A program made the translations under genes and the position numbers. The notes beneath the pieces are model-generated. The model saw only the letters and a list, made by a program, of their open reading frames with translations. It had not been told where the DNA came from and searched no databases. This document shows, in pieces, positions 18,452 through 28,120 of a DNA stretch of 64,000 bases (positions are counted from its first letter, which is position 1; each line of letters starts with the position of its first letter). Source of the DNA: an uncultured Flavobacteriales bacterium (lineage in GTDB: Bacteria; Pseudomonadota; Alphaproteobacteria; UBA8366; JADFVY01); assembly GCA_964347475.1 (NCBI GenBank), contig CAYFYY010000001.1, positions 6,879 through 70,878 of the forward strand, read 5' to 3'.

Positions 18452-19186
18452 TTGGCAATGCAGGATCAAATGACAACCCCCGGTGCGGGGGCCGGACCCA
18501 TCGTCGCGCTGTCGGGACTCAAGCTGGCCCTTTCCAGTGATGCCGGAACGGTGGAAATCCTCCGCGGCATCGACCTTCGCATTCAGCCCGGCGAGCAGGT
18601 GGCACTGGTCGGCGCGTCCGGCGCCGGCAAGTCATCGATGATGATGATCATCGGCGGCCTGGAGCGGGCGACGGCAGGCTCTGTCCGCGTCGCCGGGCAC
18701 GACCTGACCACGATGAGCGAGGACGAGCTCGCGCTGTTCCGCCGTGAGAACATAGGTATCGTGTTCCAGTCGTTCCACCTGATCCCCACGATGACGGCGC
18801 TGGAGAACGTCGCGGTGCCGCTCGAGTTCGCCGGGCACGGCGATGCCTTCGCGCTTGCCGCCGAGGAGCTTGCTGCGGTCGGGCTCCACCACCGTACCGC
18901 GCACTATCCGAGTCAGTTGTCCGGCGGCGAGCAACAACGCGTCGCGCTTGCCCGCGCCTTCGTAACCGAACCTCGCTTGCTGCTGGCGGATGAGCCCACC
19001 GGAAATCTTGATGGCGAGACCGGCGCCCAGATCATCGACCTGATGTTCCGGCTGTCCGAGCAGAAGGGAACGACCTTGCTGCTCATTACCCATGACCCGG
19101 CCCTTGCGTCGCGCTGCGCCCGCGAACTGCGCATTGCCGACGGCCGGATCGTCGACGATGTGGCGCGAGAGGTGGCGGCGCAATGA
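18452..19186 (+). CDS. ABC transporter ATP-binding protein (YbbA/LolD-like)
   Basis: Walker A GASGAGKSS, signature LSGGEQQRVALARA, Walker B LLLADEPTGNLD. Confidence 0.85.
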   Translation: MAMQDQMTTPGAGAGPIVALSGLKLALSSDAGTVEILRGIDLRIQPGEQVALVGASGAGKSSMMMIIGGLERATAGSVRVAGHDLTTMSEDELALFRRENIGIVFQSFHLIPTMTALENVAVPLEFAGHGDAFALAAEELAAVGLHHRTAHYPSQLSGGEQQRVALARAFVTEPRLLLADEPTGNLDGETGAQIIDLMFRLSEQKGTTLLLITHDPALASRCARELRIADGRIVDDVAREVAAQ

Positions 19187-21741
19187 CGTGGGCAGTGGCA
19201 ACGCCGCCGAGGTATTTCCTGACCTGGCGGCTGGCACGCCGAGAGCTGCGGGGTGGCCTGCGCAGTCGGTTCCGAGGGTTCCGGATATTTCTTTCGTGTC
19301 TTGTGCTGGGAACGGCGGCAATCGCCGGCGTCGGGTCGGTCTCGTCCTCGATCGACGCAGGGCTTCGCGCGGAGGGTCGAGCGCTGCTCGGCGGCGATCT
19401 TGAACTGCGAATCCACCACCGTCCGGCGACGCCGGAACAACGCGAGTGGCTGGCCGGCGTGGGCCGCGTTTCGGAGATGGTGGGCCTGCGGGCGATGGCC
19501 AACCGGCTCGACGCCACGGACCGGCGGCTGGTCGAATTGAAGGCCGTCGACGGCGCGTATCCGCTGGTCGGAAACGTCGTCCTGCGCGGTGGCCGACCCC
19601 TCGCCGACGCCCTCGAGCGCCGCGACGATGCACATGGCCTGGTCGCTTCGGAATCGCTCCTCAACCGGCTCGGTCTTACGATCGGCGACCGGCTGACGAT
19701 CGGCGACGCAACACTCGAGATCACCGGGGTCCTGATCCACGAGCCCGACCGCGCCACACGGGGCATACAGCTCGGGCCGCGGGTGATCGTGTCGCGGGCG
19801 GCGCTTGAGGCAACGCAGCTCCTGCAGCCGGGCGCCCTGTCCCAATATTACTACCGCATCGTTTTGCCGCCCGGAGCGCGGGAGGACGAGGTCCGCAGCC
19901 GGCTCGCGCGGGTATTCCCGGACGCCCCCTGGCGTGTGCGCGGGCCGGCCGAAGCGGCCCCGGGGCTCAAGCGCTTCGTCGAACGACTGACCTTGTTCCT
20001 CACCCTGGTCGGGCTGTCGTCGCTGCTGATCGGCGGGATCGGCATCGGCAACGCGGTGCATGCCTTCCTGATGCAGCGGCAACCGACCATCGCCACGTTG
20101 AAGTGTCTGGGGGCACCGGCCGGTCTGGTGCTGCGGATGTACCTTGCACAGATCCTGTTGCTCGCAACGCTGGGCATTGCGGTCGGCATCTCGCTCGGCG
20201 CCGTGGCACCGCGGGCCGCCGCGCCGCTGCTCGGGAGCCTGCTGCCTGTCGGTATGGAGGTCGGCTTGTTCCCGCGCCCCCTTTTTCTGGCGGCGGCGTT
20301 TGGTCTGCTGACGACGCTGCTGTTCTCACTGGCGCCCCTGATGCTCGCCCGCGATGTGCCGGCCGCGGCTCTGTTTCGCAAAACCGTGGTTCCGGCGCGG
20401 ATCCAGATCCACAGTGGCAGCGCGGCGATCCTGGCAGCGCTCACAGTCGGTCTGGCGGCGCTGACCGTCACCACGTCCAGCGACAGGGGCCTTGCCATCT
20501 GGTTCGTCTCGGGCGCAATCGCGACCTTCGCGACGTTTCGCCTGGCCGCCGTCGGCGTGACCCGATTGGCGGCGAGGGTGCCCCGTCCCCGGCAACCTCG
20601 CCTCCGGCTTGCGCTGGCCAATCTGCATCGGCCGGGCGCGCCGACGAACAGCGTGATTGTGTCGCTGGGCATGGGCATCACCGTCCTGGTCGCAATCATG
20701 ATGATCGAGCGGAACCTGAGCGACCGAATCGCGGAGGTCATCGAGAAAGAGGCGCCGGCCTTCTTTTTTTTGGACATTCAGCCGCAGCAAACCGAAGCAT
20801 TCGCCGCGCTTGTCCGCTCGTTCCCCGGCGCCGGCGCGGTACGCGAAGTGCCGATGCTGCGGGGCCGCATCACGGCGATGGCCGGCGTGCCGGTCTCGGA
20901 CATCGAACCGCCGCCACATCACGCCTGGGTCATCCGCGGCGATCGCGGCCTGACGTGGGCAAGGATGCCGCCGGAAGGCGGCAGCGACATCGTCAAGGGC
21001 GAGTGGTGGCCGGCCGATTATGACGGACCGCCGCTGATCTCGTTCGATGCAGAGGCGGCGCAGGCGTTCGGCCTTGCAATTGGCGACGAGGTCGCCTTCA
21101 ACATCCTCGGCCGGCCGTTCGTTGCGAGAATCGCCAATCTGCGCCGCATCGACTGGGCCTCCCTCGGCATGAATTTCGTGGTGATCTTCTCGCCGGGCGC
21201 GCTCGAGCATGCGCCCCAGACCAGTATCGCCACGGTCCGCATCGACCGCGACTCGGAGGATGCCCTGGAGGCGGCGGTCAGCACGCGGTTCCCCAACATC
21301 TCTGCGGTCCGCGTGCGCGACGTGGTGACGGACGTCAACCGCATCATGGAGTCGGTCGACACCGCCGCCAAGGCGATCGCGGCCGTGGCGATCATCGCCG
21401 GCGTTCTGGTCCTCTCCGGTGCGATCGCCGCCGGTCGCCGGCAGCGTATCTACGACGCCGTTGTCCTGAAGACCCTGGGCGCCACTCGCCGGGACGTGCT
21501 GGGCACATATCTGATCGAATTTGCCCTGCTTGGCCTCGTGACCGCCGCCATCGCCGGGGCCGCGGGGAGCGTTGCCGCGTGGGCCGCGACGACGAACCTG
21601 ATGCATATCGACTGGACGTTCACCCCCGCGGCGATGCTGTGGACCACCGTTATCTGCGTTGCCGCAACCCTGTTCGTCGGAGCGCTGGGCGCGTGGCGCG
21701 CGCTCGGCCGGAAGGCGGCGCCGCTGCTGCGCAACGAGTAG
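19183..21741 (+). CDS. ABC transporter permease, duplicated FtsX-type (YbbP-like)
   Basis: 852 aa with two FtsX-like membrane blocks. ATGA overlap with the ATPase gene. Confidence 0.8.
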   Translation: MTWAVATPPRYFLTWRLARRELRGGLRSRFRGFRIFLSCLVLGTAAIAGVGSVSSSIDAGLRAEGRALLGGDLELRIHHRPATPEQREWLAGVGRVSEMVGLRAMANRLDATDRRLVELKAVDGAYPLVGNVVLRGGRPLADALERRDDAHGLVASESLLNRLGLTIGDRLTIGDATLEITGVLIHEPDRATRGIQLGPRVIVSRAALEATQLLQPGALSQYYYRIVLPPGAREDEVRSRLARVFPDAPWRVRGPAEAAPGLKRFVERLTLFLTLVGLSSLLIGGIGIGNAVHAFLMQRQPTIATLKCLGAPAGLVLRMYLAQILLLATLGIAVGISLGAVAPRAAAPLLGSLLPVGMEVGLFPRPLFLAAAFGLLTTLLFSLAPLMLARDVPAAALFRKTVVPARIQIHSGSAAILAALTVGLAALTVTTSSDRGLAIWFVSGAIATFATFRLAAVGVTRLAARVPRPRQPRLRLALANLHRPGAPTNSVIVSLGMGITVLVAIMMIERNLSDRIAEVIEKEAPAFFFLDIQPQQTEAFAALVRSFPGAGAVREVPMLRGRITAMAGVPVSDIEPPPHHAWVIRGDRGLTWARMPPEGGSDIVKGEWWPADYDGPPLISFDAEAAQAFGLAIGDEVAFNILGRPFVARIANLRRIDWASLGMNFVVIFSPGALEHAPQTSIATVRIDRDSEDALEAAVSTRFPNISAVRVRDVVTDVNRIMESVDTAAKAIAAVAIIAGVLVLSGAIAAGRRQRIYDAVVLKTLGATRRDVLGTYLIEFALLGLVTAAIAGAAGSVAAWAATTNLMHIDWTFTPAAMLWTTVICVAATLFVGALGAWRALGRKAAPLLRNE

Positions 21742-21745
21742 GACG

Positions 21746-22525
21746 TCAGCCGGCCAGCGAGATCGTGTGACCGTCGACCGCGAGCGCCTGGCCGGAGATC
21801 TTGGCGCCGGCGGCGGAACAGACGAACAGCGCCATATTGGCGATGTCGGCCGCATTCACGAAGGTCCGCATTGATACCTGGGCCTCGTAAGCGGCGCGGA
21901 CGTCCGCCTCGTCCAGACCCCGGGCCGCCGCGTCGGCAGCGATGACCCGGTCGATCCGCGGGCCCGTAACGCAGCCCGGACAGATCGCGTTGACGCGGAT
22001 ACCGTACGCTCCGAGTTCCATGGCCAGCGTCTTGGTGAGCCCGATAAGGCCCCACTTGGCGGATGCGTAGGGGCTGCGATTGGGGAAGCCGAACAGGCCG
22101 GCGGTCGATGCGATATTGACGATGCAACCGCCGCCGGCCCGCTTCAGCTCTGGGATCGCCCTGCGCGCACAATGGAACGCACCGTCCAGATCGACGGCGA
22201 TCGTGCGGCGCCAGTCATCCGGCGCGATGTCCTCGACCGGCGCCGTGGGCCCGGCAATGCCGGCATTGTTGACCAGGATATCGAGCCCGCCGAGCCCGTC
22301 CAGCGCCTCATCGAACAGCCGGTCGACCGCGGCCACATCGGCAACGTCGGCCACGGTCGCGCCAAGACCCGACACCGATTCCCGCACGCTCGCGAGCGCC
22401 GCCCCGTCGACGTCGCAGGTGTGGACGCGGGCGCCGGCTCCCACGAATGCTTCGATGATCGCCCGGCCGATGCCCGCCGCTCCGGCGGTCACGACCACTC
22501 GTTTGCCTTGGAGTTCCAGTGCCAT
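21746..22525 (-). CDS. Short-chain dehydrogenase/reductase
   Basis: MALELQGKRVVVTAGAAGIGRAI (Rossmann), NNAG, and YASAK catalytic context (SPYASAKWG). The track ORF was trimmed by 78 codons. Confidence 0.8.
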   Translation of the reverse strand: MALELQGKRVVVTAGAAGIGRAIIEAFVGAGARVHTCDVDGAALASVRESVSGLGATVADVADVAAVDRLFDEALDGLGGLDILVNNAGIAGPTAPVEDIAPDDWRRTIAVDLDGAFHCARRAIPELKRAGGGCIVNIASTAGLFGFPNRSPYASAKWGLIGLTKTLAMELGAYGIRVNAICPGCVTGPRIDRVIAADAAARGLDEADVRAAYEAQVSMRTFVNAADIANMALFVCSAAGAKISGQALAVDGHTISLAG

Positions 22526-22661
22526 CGCGGTCGCCTCCTTCACGCCGAACGAGATTGCGCCAAATTCTCGCCGGTTCCTGTTGATTCGTGAGTCCGATAT
22601 GCCAATATTAGTCGCGTCGAAACAACTGCTTTCACGTGGTTGGCATAGAGAGAGAGGAAAT

Positions 22662-23378
22662 ATGGCACTCGATCCGCGCACACAGGTTGCAACCCCGGCC
22701 GGCGCACGCACAGCCGATATTGACGAAGGTCTGCGTTCGTACATGCTTCGCGTGTACAACTATATGGCCCTTGGCGTCGCCTTCACGGGCATCGTGGCCA
22801 TGGCCGTCGCATCAAGCGAGCAGTTGATGCAGACGGTGTTCGGCGCCCGTTGGATCTTGTTCTTCGGCATCATCGGACTGGGCTTCTTCGGCGGCCGGCT
22901 GATCTTCACCGGCAGTAGCGTGCTCGCACACGGCGCATATTGGCTGTATGCAGGCATGTGGGGCGCGCTGATCGCGCCGATGTTCTGGATCTACACCGAC
23001 GCGAGCATTGCGCGCGTCTTCTTCATTACGGCGGCCGCCTTCGCGGGCGTTAGCCTCTATGGTTACACGACGAAGCGCGACCTCTCGGCGATGGGCGCGT
23101 TCCTCGCCATGTCGACCTTCGGAATCCTGATCGCTGTTCTCGCCAACGCGTTGATTTTTCAGAGCTATGACCTCCACATGATCCTGTCGGTGGTCATCGT
23201 CGTCGTATTCGCCGGTCTGACGGCATACGAAACTCAGGCGATCCGCAGGATGTACCTGTCGGGCGAGGGTGGCGAAATGATGCAGCGGAAAGCGATCTTC
23301 GGCGCGTTCCTGCTGTACGGCAGCTTCGTGACGATGTTCGTCTGGCTGCTTCAGCTGCTGGGCGTCGCGCGCGACTGA
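22662..23378 (+). CDS. BAX inhibitor-1/YccA family membrane protein
   Basis: The real start MALDPRTQ..GLRSYMLRVYNYMALGV comes after a GAGAGAGG RBS. Seven hydrophobic segments are visible. The upstream part of the track ORF is antisense to the SDR gene. Confidence 0.85.
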   Translation: MALDPRTQVATPAGARTADIDEGLRSYMLRVYNYMALGVAFTGIVAMAVASSEQLMQTVFGARWILFFGIIGLGFFGGRLIFTGSSVLAHGAYWLYAGMWGALIAPMFWIYTDASIARVFFITAAAFAGVSLYGYTTKRDLSAMGAFLAMSTFGILIAVLANALIFQSYDLHMILSVVIVVVFAGLTAYETQAIRRMYLSGEGGEMMQRKAIFGAFLLYGSFVTMFVWLLQLLGVARD

Positions 23379-23402
23379 GCCGCCGGACGACAATTCGAAT
23401 CG

Positions 23403-23434
23403 AAACCGCCCGGGGCTCCCGGGCGGTTTATTTT
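23403..23434. terminator. Bidirectional rho-independent terminator between convergent genes
   Basis: Perfect 12-bp stem AAACCGCCCGGG / CCCGGGCGGTTT with a 3-nt loop. Flanked by A-rich sequence on one side and ATTTT on the other. Confidence 0.75.
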
Positions 23435-23467
23435 GCACATCACGTCACATGCGCCGGCGCCACGCCG

Positions 23468-23698
23468 TTACGAATCGAAATCGGAGCAGGCGTCAACGTA
23501 GCTCTGTATCGTGGCCTGCCACTCGGCCGTCGTAAGGTCTTCATCCTGACCGCACATCGGACACGTATGCGCGTCGTTTCCAATCAGCCAGGAAACCGGC
23601 TTCTTCACCTTGTGGCCGCACTGGCGACAGGCGATTTCCGCATCGACCTGATCCATCAACTTGTCCATGTGCGGAGTGTGCGCTTCCGGCGACCGCAT
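23468..23698 (-). CDS. Small Cys-rich (zinc-ribbon-like) hypothetical protein
   Basis: CRQCGH...CPMCG pair of CxxC motifs. Lies 18 nt downstream of the SDR gene and just upstream of the terminator. No convincing RBS, and the start is uncertain. Confidence 0.4.
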   Translation of the reverse strand: MRSPEAHTPHMDKLMDQVDAEIACRQCGHKVKKPVSWLIGNDAHTCPMCGQDEDLTTAEWQATIQSYVDACSDFDS

Positions 23699-23716
23699 GT
23701 AAAGTTAATGCTCGGT

Positions 23717-24463
23717 TCAAATGCAGCGGCCGCCATCGACCTCGAGGCACACACCGGTGAGGAACCGGGCCTCATCGGAACACAGGAAAAGCGCCGAATC
23801 GGCGACGTCCCGTGGTGTGCTGAGACGTCCGAGCGGCACGGTGGATACGAACTGCCGGCGGCGCTCCGGCGTATCTTCGCCTAAGAACAGATGCAGCATG
23901 CCCGTTTCGCCGGCGACCGGATTCAGTGCGCAGACGCGAATCGAGTCCGGCGCAAGTTCCAGCGCCATGGATTTGGTAATCGTGATCACCGCGCCCTTCG
24001 ACCCGTTGTACCAGACGAGCCCCGGGCGCGGGCGCACGCCGGCCGTCGACGCAATGTTCAGGATCACGCCGCCGCCGCGTGCACGAAAGACCGGCACGAC
24101 ATTCCTGGCGGCGTGGTAGAGGGATTTCACGTTGACCGCGAAGATCCGATCGATGTCCTCCTCGCTGACATCCAGCATCGGCCCGTTGCGGTGCGTAAAC
24201 CCCGCATTGTTGACGAGAATGTCGAGCCCACCGAAGGACTCGAGCGTATTCCCGACCGTTCGCGCCATGTCGTCGCCGCGGGTAACATCCGTATGTACGA
24301 ACAGAGCCGAAGTTCCGAGTGAGTCGGCGACAGCCTGGCCGGCGGTCTCATCGATGTCGGCAATCACAACCTTCGCCCCCTCCGCGGCGAACCGGCGTGC
24401 GATTCCTTCCCCGAATCCCGACCCCGCACCTGTGACCACTGCAACTTTTCCGGAAAGCCGCAT
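23717..24463 (-). CDS. Short-chain dehydrogenase/reductase
   Basis: MRLSGKVAVVTGAGSGFGEGIA, NNAG, and YNGSKGA catalytic motif. Confidence 0.85.
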   Translation of the reverse strand: MRLSGKVAVVTGAGSGFGEGIARRFAAEGAKVVIADIDETAGQAVADSLGTSALFVHTDVTRGDDMARTVGNTLESFGGLDILVNNAGFTHRNGPMLDVSEEDIDRIFAVNVKSLYHAARNVVPVFRARGGGVILNIASTAGVRPRPGLVWYNGSKGAVITITKSMALELAPDSIRVCALNPVAGETGMLHLFLGEDTPERRRQFVSTVPLGRLSTPRDVADSALFLCSDEARFLTGVCLEVDGGRCI

Positions 24464-24722
24464 TTTCCTATCCCCACCGAACCGTACAAAATTGCGTACG
24501 ATTTCCCGATCCGCCGCCAGAAAATCGACTCCGTACAACTTATCATTAATGCATCCCGTTCACGATAACACGCCAGCGAACAAAAAGGCTTGAACATGCA
24601 CCACATGCTTCTGCTATCTTCGCGGTGAAGGTTATACAGGCTCGAAAGTGGGATTTTTGAGCCGATTGGGATATCTTCGTGCGACTCCTCGCGGTTCGAA
24701 TTCGCGGAGTGAGAGTTAAGGA

Positions 24723-26159
24723 ATGAGTGGCAGTACCGTATTGCTCGTCGAAGACACGCCCTCTCTGGCGCGCCTGTATAACAAGTATCTCGATGGCGAA
24801 GACCTGGACGTCACTCCCGTTGGCACGGGCAAGGAAGCACTTGCGGCGCTGAACGCGGAACCGCCGTCCGTGGTGCTGCTCGACCTTCGGCTGCCGGACA
24901 TGGACGGCCTGGATATCCTGAAGGAAATCAAGGCGCGTGAGCTGCCGAGCGAAGTCGTGGTGATCACTGCACATGGCTCCATCAACGTCGCCGTCGAGGC
25001 GATGCGCGCCGGCGCCTACGACTTTCTGGTCAAGCCGTTCAACGCCGAACGTCTTCTGGTCACCGTGCGCAACGCCCTTAAGCACCGGTCCCTGTCGGCC
25101 ATCGTCGAGAAGATCAAGGACGTCTCGCGCGACAGCTATTTCGGGTTCATCGGCTCGTCACTGGCAATGCAGGCGGTATACCGCACCGTCGACGCAGCGG
25201 CCGCGTCGAAGGCGACGGTCTTCATCACCGGCGAGTCGGGTACCGGCAAGGAGGTGGCGGCCGAAGCGATCCACCGACAGAGCCCGCGCAAGAACGGCCC
25301 GTTCGTTGCGATCAATTGCGGCGCAATTCCGAAGGATCTGATGGAGTCCGAAATCTTCGGCCATGTGAAGGGCGCCTTCACCGGCGCCCACGCCGATCGT
25401 GACGGGGCGGCCTCCCGCGCGTCGGGCGGTACGCTGTTTCTTGACGAAATCTGTGAGATGGACCTGGCCCTGCAGACCAAGCTGCTACGATTCATCCAGA
25501 CCGGCACGTTCCAGAAAGTGGGCGGCGGGAAGAACGAAAAGGTGGATGTCCGCTTCGTCTGCGCCACCAACCGGGAACCGCTCGCCGAAGTCGAAGCCGG
25601 AAATTTCCGCGAGGACCTGTATTACCGGCTGCATGTGATCCCGGTGCATCTCCCGCCGTTGCGCGATCGGAACGGCGACGTTGTCGAAATCGCGCGGCAT
25701 TTCCTTAGCGCCTACGCCGCCGAGGAGGGCAAGACGTTTGCCAACTTCAGTCCGGAGGCCGAGCAGATCATCGGACAGTTCAACTGGCCCGGTAACATCC
25801 GGCAGCTGCAGAATGTCATCCGTAACATCGTGGTGCTGAACGAGGGCGATACCGTTACCGCGGATATGTTGCCACCGCCGCTCAACCAACTCGGACCGCC
25901 GGCGAAATCGGGCGCTGACGTCCAACAGCCGGCTGAGCGGCCTCAGGTCGCATCGACCGGGGCGACCGCCGCCATTGCCGCCGGCAACGGCGACATCCTG
26001 CCGCTGTGGAAAGTCGAGCGTGATGTCATCGAGCGCGCCATCGAAGCGTGCGACGGCAACATTCCCAAGGCGGCGGCAAAGCTGGGGATTTCGCCGTCGA
26101 CCATCTATCGCAAGAAGTTGAGCTGGGAATCCGAGGAACCCGAGCCCAAGAATACCTGA
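24723..26159 (+). CDS. Sigma-54-dependent response regulator (REC-AAA+-HTH; LuxO/NtrC-like)
   Basis: Receiver VVLLDLRLPDMDG..ITAHGS. AAA+ GESGTGKE. GAFTGA sigma-54 contact loop (VKGAFTGA). C-terminal Fis-type HTH AAKLGISPSTIYRKK. The receiver and linker resemble Vibrio LuxO by eye. Confidence 0.9.
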   Translation: MSGSTVLLVEDTPSLARLYNKYLDGEDLDVTPVGTGKEALAALNAEPPSVVLLDLRLPDMDGLDILKEIKARELPSEVVVITAHGSINVAVEAMRAGAYDFLVKPFNAERLLVTVRNALKHRSLSAIVEKIKDVSRDSYFGFIGSSLAMQAVYRTVDAAAASKATVFITGESGTGKEVAAEAIHRQSPRKNGPFVAINCGAIPKDLMESEIFGHVKGAFTGAHADRDGAASRASGGTLFLDEICEMDLALQTKLLRFIQTGTFQKVGGGKNEKVDVRFVCATNREPLAEVEAGNFREDLYYRLHVIPVHLPPLRDRNGDVVEIARHFLSAYAAEEGKTFANFSPEAEQIIGQFNWPGNIRQLQNVIRNIVVLNEGDTVTADMLPPPLNQLGPPAKSGADVQQPAERPQVASTGATAAIAAGNGDILPLWKVERDVIERAIEACDGNIPKAAAKLGISPSTIYRKKLSWESEEPEPKNT

Positions 26160-26207
26160 CACGTCCATTACCGCGCATGGCGGGTGATACGGCCGAAGAC
26201 GTGCGGC

Positions 26208-28100
26208 TCACTTCGGCGGCGGATACCCGGCCCGGGCATATTCCGACCAGCTTTCAGCGACAAGCTCGGGCACACGATCCAGCAGCTCGGCTGCCAGGTC
26301 GGCGTCATTCACATTGGCCGCCGCCTCCAGACGCTGGACGAGGACCTGCAGGCGCAACGCGCCGAACGTGCCGGAGCTGCTTTTCATGGCGTGCGCTTCC
26401 GCAGCGACGGAATCGAGGTCTCCGCAACGCATGGCCTCCTGCATGCGCAGGATGCGCTCATCAGTCTCGGTCATGAACGATGCGATCAGCTCGTTCACCA
26501 GCGCGGGGCCGGCATCATCCTGCAACTGCCGCAGAACGTCCCTGTCGGCCAGGGTCTCGTCTCTGGGCCCGACCGTTGTGGCCTCGGCGTCCTCGGGCCG
26601 ACCTTCCTCCCCATCGGCGCCGTCCGCATCGGGCGCGCCAACAAGACGGCGGAGCACAGACGACAGGATCCGCCGATCCACAGGTTTCGAGACATGATCA
26701 TCCATGCCGGATTCGAGGCAGAGTTGCCGGTCTTCGGCATTGACATGCGCCGTCATGGCCACGACGGGTATCGAACGTTCTGGTCCGGGCAAGCCTCTGA
26801 TCTGCGCCGTCGCCTCGAAGCCGTCCATTCCGGGCATCCTGATGTCCATCAGGACGAGGCCGTATCGTCCTTCGCGCACGGCGTCGACGGCGCGCTGTCC
26901 GTTTTCCACCGCGTCGCACTCATAACCCATCTTTTTGAGGATCGAAACACCCAGAAGCCGGTTGGTCTGGCTGTCATCAACAAGAAGCACGCGCTGCCCG
27001 CGCGCACCGGCCGGCTCGGCGGCACGCGACGGCACGCTCGCTGGTGCGCTTGGCAACACCTCGGGCGGCGCTGCGCCGAAAACGCCGACGCCGCAATAAC
27101 CGAGAAACACGCCGTCGCCGTCGATTCGGGGAACGCCGCTCAACCGCAGTGTCCGCGTCCGGTCGTGGTCCTGCAAGATGAGTGCAACATCGGTCAATCT
27201 GCGATGTGCGTCCATGTCCTCAAGGCATTGCGACAGGGCGGCATCACCGCCGGCGCCGGCAGGCGACGCAAGTTCCGCAAGGCTGCGTCCAACCATCCAG
27301 TGCAGTTCGTCCCGGTTCAGCTCACTACGGACCGGAACGGCCAGGGAAAACCGATGCAGTACGTCGGTTTCCCATATCCATGCACCTGCGGCCGATATAA
27401 TCAGGCGTGATCGTTCCCGCTCGCCGCTCGCCGCCGCCGCGCGTTCACGCTCGGCCGTTATGTCGGTCGCACTGACGATAAAACCACCGTCCGGCAGTTT
27501 GGCATGATCAAACCGCACCCATGTTCCGCCCTCGAGCTGCCGTTCGCCGACAAGTCGGGTCCCTGCGACGTCAGGTGTCTGCGTACCGGCGGGGGGGCCG
27601 GCCGACTCGTGGTACATGCTGCCGATCGTGATGAGGTCGTCGACGCCGGCGAATATTTCGCGCCAGTGATTGTTGTAGTATGCAAGCCGCGCATCGGCAT
27701 CGTACGCGGCGAGTCCAATCGGTACCGACTCCATCAGGTCGCGCCCGGATTCCGTAGACCATGGCCACGCACTCCCGGCCGCGGTGTCGCGTGACATGAT
27801 GCGGGCCGCGACGAAGGCCAGACCCGCTCCTGCCAGCACCACGCCGCCCAGCCAGAATGCCAGCTCTGGTCGCGAGCCCGCGCCCGCGTCGATCTCAGCG
27901 AACCGAATCAGGAGACCCGCCAGCGCCGCCAGAAACAACACCGCCAATCCAGTGAGCGACAAGAGTCGTGATCTCAAACCACTAGCCCCTGCGATTGCGT
28001 AGGAGGGGACCGCAGTGCAGTCCATCAATCGTGCAGACAATGCTCTCTCCCAATTCGCGCCATGCGTCAAGGGTCGACAGATCGCTTGCCACCATTCCAC
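26208..28100 (-). CDS. Membrane PAS-PAS-REC-HPt phosphorelay protein with no HisKA/HATPase core
   Basis: Two N-terminal TM helices and two PAS-like segments. Receiver RVLLVDDSQTNRLL..LVLMDIRMPGMDGFE..VVAMTAH..KP. C-terminal HPt AAEAHAMKSSSGTFGA. No H-box or G-boxes were seen between PAS2 and REC. Alternative start at 28025. Confidence 0.8.
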   Translation of the reverse strand: MEWWQAICRPLTHGANWERALSARLMDCTAVPSYAIAGASGLRSRLLSLTGLAVLFLAALAGLLIRFAEIDAGAGSRPELAFWLGGVVLAGAGLAFVAARIMSRDTAAGSAWPWSTESGRDLMESVPIGLAAYDADARLAYYNNHWREIFAGVDDLITIGSMYHESAGPPAGTQTPDVAGTRLVGERQLEGGTWVRFDHAKLPDGGFIVSATDITAERERAAAASGERERSRLIISAAGAWIWETDVLHRFSLAVPVRSELNRDELHWMVGRSLAELASPAGAGGDAALSQCLEDMDAHRRLTDVALILQDHDRTRTLRLSGVPRIDGDGVFLGYCGVGVFGAAPPEVLPSAPASVPSRAAEPAGARGQRVLLVDDSQTNRLLGVSILKKMGYECDAVENGQRAVDAVREGRYGLVLMDIRMPGMDGFEATAQIRGLPGPERSIPVVAMTAHVNAEDRQLCLESGMDDHVSKPVDRRILSSVLRRLVGAPDADGADGEEGRPEDAEATTVGPRDETLADRDVLRQLQDDAGPALVNELIASFMTETDERILRMQEAMRCGDLDSVAAEAHAMKSSSGTFGALRLQVLVQRLEAAANVNDADLAAELLDRVPELVAESWSEYARAGYPPPK

Positions 28101-28120
28101 GAGCGATGCATTAGTGGCGG

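Noticed and set aside
18632-21855. Several 226-509-aa minus-strand ORFs opposite the ABC ATPase and permease genes
   Set aside because: They are shadow frames of genes with clear Walker/signature motifs and FtsX-type topology.
24464-24722. Search for a sigma-54 promoter or a Qrr-like small RNA next to the LuxO-like gene, as in Vibrio
   Set aside because: No TGGCAC-N5-TTGC-like element with correct GG-N10-GC spacing was found on either strand. The closest string is off by one nucleotide. I also found no convincing sigma-54 promoter in the other intergenic regions I scanned.
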